This document shows positions 1 to 8,770 of a stretch of DNA of 64,000 bases, piece after piece. The notes beneath the pieces were generated by a model. It saw only the letters and a program-made list of their open reading frames with translations. It ran no database searches and was not told where the DNA came from. The translations under genes were made by a program, and so were the position numbers. Position 1 is the first letter of the stretch. Each line of letters begins with the position of its first letter. Source of the DNA: Armatimonadota bacterium (GTDB lineage: Bacteria; Armatimonadota; Zipacnadia; UBA1398; JAKPQA01); assembly GCA_029547025.1 (NCBI GenBank), contig JAKPQA010000005.1, positions 3,880 to 67,879 on the forward strand, written 5' to 3'.

Positions 1-385
1 GCGCGTAATCGGTGTCATCCCGGAAGCCTTGGCGCGTCGCGAGCTCGCCCACCCGGGGGCGTCGGAGATGCACGTGGTGCCCGACATCTGCTGCCGGCGG
101 GCCAAGATGACCGAGCTGGCTGACGCTTTCATTGCGCTGCCCGGTGGGTTCGGAACCTTTGAGGAGCTGACCGGAACCCTCACGGCCGTGCAGCTCGGGC
201 TGCTCGATAAGCCCGTGGGAGTGCTGAATGTCGACGGCTACTTCGACCATCTCCTGGCGCTGGTCGAGCATGCGGCGGCCCGAGGGTTCATCGCGGCAGA
301 AGACCGCGACGCGCTCATGGTTGCCGGATCGCCCGGGGAGTTGCTCAGACAGATGGGGGCGCTCGGCGATGGGCATACACTCTAG
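1..385 (+). CDS. LOG-family protein, C-terminal part; 5' end lies outside the window
   Basis: ORF 29..385 carries the PGGxGTxEE-type LOG motif (ALPGGFGTFEEL) and a LOG-like C-terminal tail. The frame stays open back to the window edge. Confidence 0.65.
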   Translation, partial: RVIGVIPEALARRELAHPGASEMHVVPDICCRRAKMTELADAFIALPGGFGTFEELTGTLTAVQLGLLDKPVGVLNVDGYFDHLLALVEHAAARGFIAAEDRDALMVAGSPGELLRQMGALGDGHTL

Positions 386-492
386 AGTCCTCGTGGGGAT
401 CTCCTCAAGGGCTGGCCCTCCGCTGGGCGGAAGCCATGGGGTGGGCCGGGACGCCGTGGTGGTGCTGACGCTCCCGGAGATGGGTCGCTGCG

Positions 493-1872
493 TTGAACGG
501 CGGGCATCGCGGAGGAGTTGAGCTGCGCTTCGTGGACGGGATCCGGTGCGGTCGAGCGTGGGAGTCGTCAGTCGCCGGACTGCTGGTGGCTCTGCTGTGC
601 GTGGCGGCGGGCGGATGCCGGCGGTCCACCCAGACGGATGATGCCTCGGTAGTGACCATTAGCGTATGGCACCCCTGGGGCGGGACGATGGGTGATCCGT
701 GGGAGCGGATCGTGAAGGCCTTCGAGGCGGCTCACCCGGGCATCAGGGTTAAGCCCGTGTTCACCCAGAATGACCTCTCGGCCAACCAGAAGTTCTACAC
801 GGCCGTGGCGGCGTCGAGGCCGCCCGAGGTGGTGTTCGTCGACGGGCCACAGGTGGCGCCATGGGCTGAGTGGGGCGCTCTGGAACCGCTCACGGATCGC
901 ATCAACCAGGCGGGCATCGCCGCCGACGACTACTACGGGCCCTGCTGGCGGCAGAACCACTATGGCACAGATGTGTGGGCGCTAACCTTCTGCGCCGACC
1001 CCAACTTCGCGTTTGTCTGGAACCGCGCGCTGTTTCGTGAGGTGGGGCTGGATCCGGATCGGCCGCCGCGCACGATGGACGAGCTGGACGAGTACGCGGC
1101 GAAACTCACGAAGACCGACGACCAGGGGCGCTTGACACGGATCGGGTTCATCCCATGGGGTGTGTACGGCTCGGCGAACTCGATGTTCACGTGGGGCTGG
1201 GCGTTCGGGGGCCAGTTCTACGATGATGTGAACCGCAGGATCACGTGCACCGACCCGAAGATCGTCCGCGCCCTGGAGTGGATGACCTCCTATGCCGATC
1301 GGTACGACGTGACCAAGATCGCCAGCCTGCAGGCGGGGTTCGGGACCGCGGAGCAGAACCCGTTCTACACGGGACGCCTCGCCATGACGTGTCTGCTGAT
1401 CGCGGGAATCGCGGACATCGAGCGGTTCGCGCCCGAACTGGACTACGGGGTGGCGCCGCAGCCCATGCCCGATGGCGGCGAGAAAGACAGCTCATGGGTC
1501 GGCGGCTGGTGTATCGCGCTCCCCAGGGGGGCGCGCCATCAGGACGAGGGCTTCGAGTTCATCCGTTGGCTCTGCCACGACCCGGGCGGCACACAGACCG
1601 TGGGCCGGGAGACGGGCCTCTTCCCCGGCATGAGGCACTCCCCGTACTTCGATGAGGTCCGCAACCGGAAGTACTACAGCACGTTTCTTCGGATCCTCGA
1701 GGCGTGCAAGCACCAGCGGCCAGTCATGCCCGTGCAGGCGTTCTACATGCGGCAGATGCAGCGGGCAGTCGACAGCGCCATCTACAAGCAGAAGACGGCC
1801 AAGCAGGCGCTCGAGGACGCGGAGAAGGCCACGCAAGCCGAACTCGACCTGGTACTGCGCGGGGGCGAGTAG
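493..1872 (+). CDS. ABC transporter substrate-binding lipoprotein (family-1 SBP, probably sugar)
   Basis: 459-aa ORF with a signal/lipobox-like LLVALLCVAAGGC segment and family-1 SBP-like sequence. The start may instead be an internal GTG near 532. Confidence 0.65.
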   Translation: MNGGHRGGVELRFVDGIRCGRAWESSVAGLLVALLCVAAGGCRRSTQTDDASVVTISVWHPWGGTMGDPWERIVKAFEAAHPGIRVKPVFTQNDLSANQKFYTAVAASRPPEVVFVDGPQVAPWAEWGALEPLTDRINQAGIAADDYYGPCWRQNHYGTDVWALTFCADPNFAFVWNRALFREVGLDPDRPPRTMDELDEYAAKLTKTDDQGRLTRIGFIPWGVYGSANSMFTWGWAFGGQFYDDVNRRITCTDPKIVRALEWMTSYADRYDVTKIASLQAGFGTAEQNPFYTGRLAMTCLLIAGIADIERFAPELDYGVAPQPMPDGGEKDSSWVGGWCIALPRGARHQDEGFEFIRWLCHDPGGTQTVGRETGLFPGMRHSPYFDEVRNRKYYSTFLRILEACKHQRPVMPVQAFYMRQMQRAVDSAIYKQKTAKQALEDAEKATQAELDLVLRGGE

Positions 1873-1938
1873 GGCACACATCTGCCCCGGCCGCGAGTCA
1901 GCCGCTCCGCCCGGCAAGTATGGGTCGCCCCAACATGC

Positions 1939-2475
1939 CTAGCCGCCGTCGAGCAGGCCGCGCTCGCCAATGAGGAACCAGTCCTCCGGGTGGTCGAGGT
2001 AGCCCATGGTCTCCTCGATGAGCGCCAGGTGCCGACGCTCCTCATCGGCGAGGAAGGACCAGAAGGCCCGGGCTTGGTCGTCGGTGGCGGCTGATGCCTG
2101 CTCGCCGTAGAACTCGATGCCCTTCTTCTCGAAGCCGGCTGCCTGGCGATAAGCTTCCGTGTCATCGGGCGCCGCGGCGGTGGCGGTCTCGCCCTCCATG
2201 GCCTCCCGGAACATGGTCATTACTTCGCCGGAGAGGTCGGAGACACGGGCGGTGAGACTGAAGTCCTTCCAGGAGCCCGCTTGCTTCAGTGTGGCAATGT
2301 AGTCGTTGATGGCGTGGATGTGGCCGATCTCGTCCTGCGCCAGAGCTCTGAACGTGGATGCCACCAGAGGGCTCTTGGTGTTCGCCGCGATGGTCTCATA
2401 GTACTTGCGGCCGTCCACTTCGGTCTTGAGCGCGTACTCCAGGGCGCTAATAGCCTTCTCCGTGTTCACGGACAT
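1939..2475 (-). CDS. rubrerythrin/ferritin-like diiron protein
   Basis: Two ExxH motifs (QDEIGHI, DEERRHL) in a helical ~178-aa protein. I trimmed the start to the ATG at 2475 (MSVNTEKAIS...), which has a GAGAGG Shine-Dalgarno upstream. The ORF portion upstream of that ATG is discounted as an Arg/Pro/Gly-rich frame artefact. Confidence 0.6.
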   Translation of the reverse strand: MSVNTEKAISALEYALKTEVDGRKYYETIAANTKSPLVASTFRALAQDEIGHIHAINDYIATLKQAGSWKDFSLTARVSDLSGEVMTMFREAMEGETATAAAPDDTEAYRQAAGFEKKGIEFYGEQASAATDDQARAFWSFLADEERRHLALIEETMGYLDHPEDWFLIGERGLLDGG

Positions 2476-2569
2476 GCTCGTTATCCTCTCTCGATGGCAT
2501 CTGCCCGGTGTCGCCCAGCTCGGAGACCAACGCCTGGCCACACCGCCAGGTTCCGGCCGGGGCCGCTCC

Positions 2570-3607
2570 CTAGTCCACGGTGTAGACTTCGTCGGGGCCC
2601 AGGATGTCCGGGAAGTGTGGCCGGAGGAACTTACGGACCTCCCAGCACAGCCCGCACTTCTGAGGGTAGCCGTCCCGCGGCACATAGCCCCGCTCGACGG
2701 CCATGCTCAACAGCCCGGTGGGCCCCTCGTGATAGGCGACGTTCACGAGCGGGTTCGCGAGCCAGCCTTCCCCGGACAGGAGACCGGCCAGGGGGGCCCG
2801 ACGTGCGTTGCCGATGATGATGCCACAGCAGGTGGTGACATTGCCGTACGGGTCGACGTGGATCTCCCAGATCGTCGCCGGATCGAACTGAGTACGGCAG
2901 GCCATGTGATCCTCGGGGCCTTTCCAGGTCGAGTCGTGCGCCAGCTCGCTGATGGGCCGGTCCGGGAGGTAGCGCGCGAGAGCTTCCCCGGCGCGGCCGA
3001 CCAGGCATGGCGGGTTGGCGCGGACGTAATCGGCCAGACGTTCTTCATCCCGGGCAATGGCCTCGAAGTCGCGGAGCTCATCCATGGTCAGACGCGCGGC
3101 GGCCACGTTCCGGTCGCCGAAGACCTCGACGGCCGCGCGGAAGCACCGGTCGTAGTTCTCGGCGGGGCACTCATGCTGGTGGTGGGGGCATGCACTGATG
3201 AGCAGGCCCAACACTCCGGCATCGCGGAGCTGTTCGAGACGCCGGTAAGCCAGCGCGTCGCTGATGCACCAGGTGGCATTCGTCTCGACGAAATGGGGTG
3301 CGACCCCTTCCCTGCCGGCCTCACGGCATAGGTCGATGAGGGCAGACCAGTACATCATGGCCTCACCGCCGGCGATGTGGACCACCCGGTCGGTCTGATG
3401 GAGCCGACGGAGGTACTCGAGGCCATCCTCGAGGCCGACATGCACATTGGGTTTGCGGGGACTGCAACTGAACAGGCAGTGACGGCAGGCGAGAGTGCAG
3501 CGGTACGTGTAGAGCACGCTGGCGACATGCTTCTTCTGGATCGCGGCCGCCACGCCGTCCTCGCGGATCGCCTGCGCCACCGGGACGGCGACATACTCAG
3601 TGCGCAC
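2570..3607 (-). CDS. radical SAM protein with extra C-terminal Cys clusters
   Basis: CX3CX2C (CTLACRHC) near the N-terminus and a GGE motif (HIAGGEAMMYW). Further Cys motifs follow: CPHHQHEC, TTCCG, CGLCW. It sits on the same strand, 95 bp upstream of the rubrerythrin-like gene. Confidence 0.7.
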   Translation of the reverse strand: MRTEYVAVPVAQAIREDGVAAAIQKKHVASVLYTYRCTLACRHCLFSCSPRKPNVHVGLEDGLEYLRRLHQTDRVVHIAGGEAMMYWSALIDLCREAGREGVAPHFVETNATWCISDALAYRRLEQLRDAGVLGLLISACPHHQHECPAENYDRCFRAAVEVFGDRNVAAARLTMDELRDFEAIARDEERLADYVRANPPCLVGRAGEALARYLPDRPISELAHDSTWKGPEDHMACRTQFDPATIWEIHVDPYGNVTTCCGIIIGNARRAPLAGLLSGEGWLANPLVNVAYHEGPTGLLSMAVERGYVPRDGYPQKCGLCWEVRKFLRPHFPDILGPDEVYTVD

Positions 3608-3621
3608 GCCCAGTCGCCCCC

Positions 3622-4914
3622 TCAGAGTTTCACGATGAACGCGTTGTCGGCGCCGCGCTCGAGGTGGGCATCGGCAGACACCTCAGCCCCCCCGGCATCG
3701 GTCACGTGGATGCGGTACTTGCCATAGAACCCGCGGAAGGCGTACTGGCCTGCGTCGTCAGTATTGCCGCCCGTCTGCGTCCACCACTTGCCCTTGATGA
3801 GTCCCACGAGCCGATCGTATGCCGGTTTGGGGGAGAGGTCGGCACGCAGCAGACCTGCGGGGGCGCCCATCCACGCGTTGCGGTCGGCGAAGTCCCACCA
3901 GGTGAGGGCACGAGTCGCGGGGTGGCTGAAGACGATGGTGTAGAACTCAGCGACAGCCTCCGCCTGGGCATCCTCACCCTCAGGCGTCGAGGTGCCCCAC
4001 TTCTCCTCGCCCTCCCGCGCCCCACTCACCAAGGTGGCCTCGGTGAAGTGCAGCGGCACGCCGAATTGGGCGAAGCGCTCGCAGACCTGCCAGGTGTGCT
4101 CGGCAGACCAAGGTCCCCCGTGCATGTGGCTCTGGATGCCGATGACGTCATAGAGCGCTCTGCCCTCAGCGTTGACCAGTTGACGGATAGTCTCCACATA
4201 GGCTTCGTCGGTCCGATAGTCATTGATAAGCAGTGTGGCCTCGGGGTCGGCCTCGCGGGCAACGACGAAGGGCTCGATGGCGAACGGGATACGTCCCGCC
4301 AGGCGCCATGCCTGGGTCATCCTGTTCTCGAAGCGGAAAGGGTCGGTGGTCTCGTTGACGACATCCCAGATACCGATGCGGCCCTTGTAGTGCGTGACGA
4401 GGTCTCGAACCCGGGCATTCGAGAGAGCCCGGACCGCCTCCAGGTCGTCACCCAGCCATCGCGGTACGACGACATTCCAAACCAGTGGATGCCCCTTGGT
4501 GGTGATCCCGTGGGCCTGGCACCAGTCCACCATGGGATCGATGCGATCGTAGCCGGGCTTGCCCTGCTCGCCCTCGAAGCTCCCCCAGTAGAACGGAAGG
4601 GTCGCGTAGTTGAACAAGGCCGCGAACTGGTCGCGGTACCGGGATGCGTCTTCCTCAGTGGGTTGGCTCCATCCGAACAGGTTGCAGCCAAAGAGGAAGT
4701 CGTGTCTGACCTGCTCGACTCGCACCGTGGCTCCGGTCACGGGGTCGCCGTTGGCGTCGACCACCTTGATGACGGCGTCGCCCATGCGGTGCTCGGCGAT
4801 GCGAGCATCGGCGCGGTCGAGTATCTCCGGGCGGGAGAGCGTCTGGCCGTAGGCGACGGAGGGCACGATCCAAGCGACGGCCAGTGCTCTGGTGAGCTGA
4901 TCCACGAGCCTCAC
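3622..4914 (-). CDS. secreted glycoside hydrolase family 10 endo-1,4-beta-xylanase
   Basis: Signal peptide, a WDVVNE catalytic acid/base motif and a TEA (ITEL-like) nucleophile region, within a 430-aa GH10-like TIM barrel. Confidence 0.75.
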   Translation of the reverse strand: MRLVDQLTRALAVAWIVPSVAYGQTLSRPEILDRADARIAEHRMGDAVIKVVDANGDPVTGATVRVEQVRHDFLFGCNLFGWSQPTEEDASRYRDQFAALFNYATLPFYWGSFEGEQGKPGYDRIDPMVDWCQAHGITTKGHPLVWNVVVPRWLGDDLEAVRALSNARVRDLVTHYKGRIGIWDVVNETTDPFRFENRMTQAWRLAGRIPFAIEPFVVAREADPEATLLINDYRTDEAYVETIRQLVNAEGRALYDVIGIQSHMHGGPWSAEHTWQVCERFAQFGVPLHFTEATLVSGAREGEEKWGTSTPEGEDAQAEAVAEFYTIVFSHPATRALTWWDFADRNAWMGAPAGLLRADLSPKPAYDRLVGLIKGKWWTQTGGNTDDAGQYAFRGFYGKYRIHVTDAGGAEVSADAHLERGADNAFIVKL

Positions 4915-4993
4915 CTGCCTCGATGGGTGCGGTGGGTGCGAAGTGCCACTTCGAAGCGGGGCGGGCCGACCCCTCTGCGGGCGTTCGGTCTCG

Positions 4994-6526
4994 CTACTTG
5001 ACGCGCTGCGGGCGTCGCCCGACGAAGCACACGAGGAATGTCTCGAGCATCAGCCAGAGGTCCAGCCAAATGCTGCGGTGCTTCACATAGTACAGATCGT
5101 ACTCGGTCTTCCAGAGTGACTCTCGGAGCGTATTCGCGTAGCCGTTGCGGACCGTGGCGAGGCCCGTGATGCCTGGCTTGACGAGATGGCGCAACGAGAA
5201 GTGAGGGATCTCCTTCTCGAGACGCGAGCAGAACTCGGGGCGCTCGGGGCGAGGGCCGACCATGCTCATATCGCCGCGGAGGACGTTCCAGCACTGGGGC
5301 AACTCGTCGAGATGGGTCTTCCGGAGGAACCGTCCGACCGGGGTAACTCGCTCATCGTTCTGCGAGGACCAGCGAGCACCGGCCTCCTCGGCATTGAGGA
5401 CCATGGTGCGGAACTTCACGAGGCGGAAGCACTGGCCATGCTGCCCCACACGCATCTGCCGGTAGAAGAGAGGACCGGGCGACGCGATGCGGTTGGCGAT
5501 CCAGACCAGTGGGGCCATGAGCGCCGTGATGACCACACCGGCGAAGCCGCACACCACGTCGACGCCGCGTTTGGTCAGCTCGTAGGCAGCGGAGCGCTCG
5601 GGCTGGAGACCATACAGTGTCGAGGCATCACTGATCTGCCCGACGGGCACCTTCTGGAAACAGCCCGTGTAGAAGTCGGCGATGCGAACGATGTCCATGC
5701 CCTCTTCGATGCATTGGGATAGCGCTTCGGTAATGGCGGGCCGAAGCGCGCCGGCGATCCCAACGACCACAACGTCCGCCTGGTACTCGCGGGCGATCCG
5801 CGATGCATCGGCAATCCGTCCCAGAACAGCACCCGTGCCCCGCGGGTAGCGGCGGGGATCGGTGCGGTCATCGATGAACCCGATGACGTGGTGGGTGGGC
5901 CCGACGACGCCGGGAAGCGTGCGGGCCATGGCAGCGCTGAGCTCCTCGATGCCCAGGATGATGACCCGGTCGGCGAGGGCGTGGGCGCCCAGAAGCCGAG
6001 CGCAGGCCTCCCGTACGAGAAGCGCGGCCAGGGAGAGAAAGAGGATCATGCCGATGGAGCTTCCCAAGCCCGCGCCGATCAGCCAGCCGCACAACCCCAG
6101 GCTGGCGGCGGCCGCGACGAGAACGCCTCTCAGCACACCGTACCCGCTGGCGATCAGCCTGGCCTCATAGGCCCTGCCGAGCCAGGCGAAGCCGACGAAC
6201 ACACCCGCTGCCAGCAGGTGGACCGGGATGCCTCCGTACCGGGGCACCGTACTGCCCTCCAGCAGGACGAGGGCGTACGCGATGGCGGCGGCGGCACCGA
6301 AGTCGCAACACAATGAGATGGCTTGTGCCAGGAACCGGGCGCGGCGCACCGCGCCTGGCCTCAGCGGCGCGACGGCGGCGGCTGGCGCGAGCTCTTCGTC
6401 GTGTGCATGGCCACCCACCCCAGGGACCGCGGGCATGGGTCTACCCGCCGGACGAGGTGCGTCCCTGGCCAATAACCTGAGAGTCCCTGATCCCACGGCC
6501 TGACTGCCCGGGCCGTGCCCCAGCAC
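4994..6526 (-). CDS. exopolysaccharide polyprenyl glycosylphosphotransferase (WcaJ/EpsB/sugar transferase family)
   Basis: N-terminal TM helices and a C-terminal bacterial sugar-transferase core (FRLVKFRTM...DELPQ...MSMVGPRPERPEF). The true start may be an internal Met around 6436. Confidence 0.75.
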   Translation of the reverse strand: MLGHGPGSQAVGSGTLRLLARDAPRPAGRPMPAVPGVGGHAHDEELAPAAAVAPLRPGAVRRARFLAQAISLCCDFGAAAAIAYALVLLEGSTVPRYGGIPVHLLAAGVFVGFAWLGRAYEARLIASGYGVLRGVLVAAAASLGLCGWLIGAGLGSSIGMILFLSLAALLVREACARLLGAHALADRVIILGIEELSAAMARTLPGVVGPTHHVIGFIDDRTDPRRYPRGTGAVLGRIADASRIAREYQADVVVVGIAGALRPAITEALSQCIEEGMDIVRIADFYTGCFQKVPVGQISDASTLYGLQPERSAAYELTKRGVDVVCGFAGVVITALMAPLVWIANRIASPGPLFYRQMRVGQHGQCFRLVKFRTMVLNAEEAGARWSSQNDERVTPVGRFLRKTHLDELPQCWNVLRGDMSMVGPRPERPEFCSRLEKEIPHFSLRHLVKPGITGLATVRNGYANTLRESLWKTEYDLYYVKHRSIWLDLWLMLETFLVCFVGRRPQRVK

Positions 6527-6676
6527 CGGGCTCTACCTCCCTGCGTGGCGGCGCCAAAGACCAATCGCACGTTAGCCCCCAAGGCTAACGCGCTACCAGC
6601 AAGGAGTATTCCACCGAGTGGCCAAACGCACACATGAAATCGCGGGGAAGGCAGCGCGCCAACCGGCCCCATCGCT

Positions 6677-7492
6677 TCAGAACCCGACCTTGACCGCCGC
6701 ACCATTCCGGCCGCCCCGACGGCCGCGCCGGCCCTCGCCGCCCGATGACTGCCACTTCATCATCATCTCCGGGCTGGGTCCCGACATCATCGAAGCGTCA
6801 AAGGACATGGTTGGCGGCAAACCACCCGCCGACGATGGCGCGCCAGTCTTGGAGGCGTCCGAAGTCTGGCTCGGTGCCGCAGGCGCCGGAGCCTCAGCAA
6901 CCTGCTTGCCTTCGCCCAGCTTGAGCACATAGTACCGATCGTTCTGCGAGAAGATGGCACCGGTCTGCGCCAGGTAAGAGAGCGTGTAGCCGAAGGCATC
7001 CTCGTTGAGGGCAACGTAGCGCGACTCCCTCTTCTCGTTCTCGACCAGCGCCCGCGGGCCGTTGGGCCCGTTGGTGATCCCCACCAAGGCGATCTTGATG
7101 GGCTCGCCTTTCGGTTCGCCGCCGCCCGTTCCGCCGTCGGGCCCCTTGCTGGTGCCGGAACGCCAGTTGCCGCGGCCGGGCGACTTGGTCGCGGTGCTCT
7201 GAGACTTGGCCCCCACGGCTGAGGAGGGACCTGGGGCGGAGAGTGCCCGATCGGAGGGCAGGCCGGCGATCAGTGGCCGGAAGACGTTGCGTGCCAGCTC
7301 GGCCGTCTGTCCCGACGCATCGGCTGCGCGCCGAGCGCCCTCGGGCGCGTGCGGGGCCGGCAGGGCTTTCGTGCCTGGTCCGGAGTCACCGCTCCCGCCG
7401 GAGGTTCTCACGGCGATGGCCACGGCGGCGCCCACCACAACCACCAGGGAGAACCCGAGCAGGATGTTGCGGTCGCGCGAGGTCATGTTCAT
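6677..7492 (-). CDS. hypothetical membrane-anchored protein with a low-complexity Gly/Ser/Pro-rich region
   Basis: One N-terminal TM helix (ILLGFSLVVVVGAAVAIAV) followed by low-complexity sequence. No family was recognised. Confidence 0.4.
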   Translation of the reverse strand: MNMTSRDRNILLGFSLVVVVGAAVAIAVRTSGGSGDSGPGTKALPAPHAPEGARRAADASGQTAELARNVFRPLIAGLPSDRALSAPGPSSAVGAKSQSTATKSPGRGNWRSGTSKGPDGGTGGGEPKGEPIKIALVGITNGPNGPRALVENEKRESRYVALNEDAFGYTLSYLAQTGAIFSQNDRYYVLKLGEGKQVAEAPAPAAPSQTSDASKTGAPSSAGGLPPTMSFDASMMSGPSPEMMMKWQSSGGEGRRGRRGGRNGAAVKVGF

Positions 7493-7704
7493 TCGCGAAC
7501 CTCACAGGGGGGACTGGGCAACCACACCATATCGACGAAGGACGACGGGTTCACACCCATGTTCACTACGCCGCCCGCCGACCGATTCCTTCGTGAGGCG
7601 CCGTCGTTGGAGACCCGGCAAGGCGAACACGGGTCGATTCGCGAAGAGGGTCAGGGCCGAGCGGATGCCGGCAGATGCCGTATGGACATTGAGGAGCGTG
7701 TCAG

Positions 7705-8763
7705 TTGGACGCCAACCCTTTCCTTGGAGTGTTCCTTCACGCCATCGGCGGCCTGGCCGCGGGCAGTTTCTACATCCCATTCCGCCGGGTCAAGGGGTGG
7801 GTCTGGGAGTGCTACTGGCTGGCAGGGGGAGTCTTCAGCTGGATCATCGCGCCCTGGGTCGCGGCATGGATCATCGTGCCCGACCCGATCGGTGTGCTCC
7901 GCGACGCGCCCGTTGGCGCTCTCGCCGCGAGCTTCGGCTTCGGCGTGCTGTGGGGCATCGGCGGCCTGACATTCGGCCTATCGATGCGCTACCTCGGCAT
8001 GTCGCTCGGCTATGCGCTGGCGCTGGGCATGTGTGCGGCCTTCGGGTTCATCATCCCGCCCCTGGCCAGTGGCGAGCTCACCCACATGGTGGCGACGCCG
8101 TCGGGGGTCGTGATCCTGGCCGGCGTGGCCGTGTGTCTGTTGGGGATCGCGGTGTGCGGCCAAGCCGGGGCTCGGAAGGAGAGGGAGCTGCCCGACGAGC
8201 AGAAGAAGGTGGCAATCCGTGAGTTCAATTTCGCCAAGGGCGTCTGGGTGGCCCTGTTCGCCGGCGTGATGAGCGCGTGCATGGCGCTCGGGATCGCGGC
8301 GGGGAAGCCGATCGGCGACCTGGCGGTCGAGCGGGGCACGCCCGACCTCTGGCGGAACATCCCCGTATGGATCGTGATCATGGCGGGCGGCTTCGTCACC
8401 AACTGCGTGTGGTGCGTGTTTCTCAGCGTCAAGAACAAGACGGCGGGTGACTACCTCAAGGGCGGGGCTTCCCTGCTCCCCAACTACCTGTTCTCCGCCT
8501 TGGCCGGCATCACGTGGTACTGCCAGTTCTTCTTCTACGGTATGGGCACCACCCAGATGGGAAAGTACGACTTCTCCAGTTGGACCATCCACATGGCGTT
8601 CATCATCGTCTTCAGCAACCTGTGGGGGATTCAGTTCCGCGAGTGGCGAGGGGCGGGGCGAAAGACGGTGACCCTCGTGTGGGCCGGGATTGGCATTCTC
8701 GTGCTCTCGACCATCGTGGTCGGGTACGGCAACTACTTGGGGTCATTGGCGAAGGGAGCGTAG
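7705..8763 (+). CDS. rhaT: L-rhamnose/proton symporter RhaT family
   Basis: 352-aa ten-TM protein whose N-terminus (FLGVFLHAIGGLAAGSFYIPFRRVKGW) and overall pattern match RhaT. Confidence 0.7.
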   Translation: MDANPFLGVFLHAIGGLAAGSFYIPFRRVKGWVWECYWLAGGVFSWIIAPWVAAWIIVPDPIGVLRDAPVGALAASFGFGVLWGIGGLTFGLSMRYLGMSLGYALALGMCAAFGFIIPPLASGELTHMVATPSGVVILAGVAVCLLGIAVCGQAGARKERELPDEQKKVAIREFNFAKGVWVALFAGVMSACMALGIAAGKPIGDLAVERGTPDLWRNIPVWIVIMAGGFVTNCVWCVFLSVKNKTAGDYLKGGASLLPNYLFSALAGITWYCQFFFYGMGTTQMGKYDFSSWTIHMAFIIVFSNLWGIQFREWRGAGRKTVTLVWAGIGILVLSTIVVGYGNYLGSLAKGA

Positions 8764-8770
8764 CCCGGGC

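Noticed and set aside
228-521. Numerous 60-350-aa ORFs on both strands made almost entirely of R/G/P/A/S (for example 228..521, 1241..1495, 10196..11101, 39098..39940, 40238..40864)
   Set aside because: They lie in alternative frames of, or antisense to, well-supported genes. Their composition is the expected artefact of ~70% GC DNA with few stop codons.
8690-8770. 5' extension of the large hydrolase ORF (MAFSCSRPSW...) overlapping the rhaT 3' end
   Set aside because: It overlaps rhaT in another frame, with no Shine-Dalgarno. A clean signal-peptide start exists at 8771, just after the rhaT stop.
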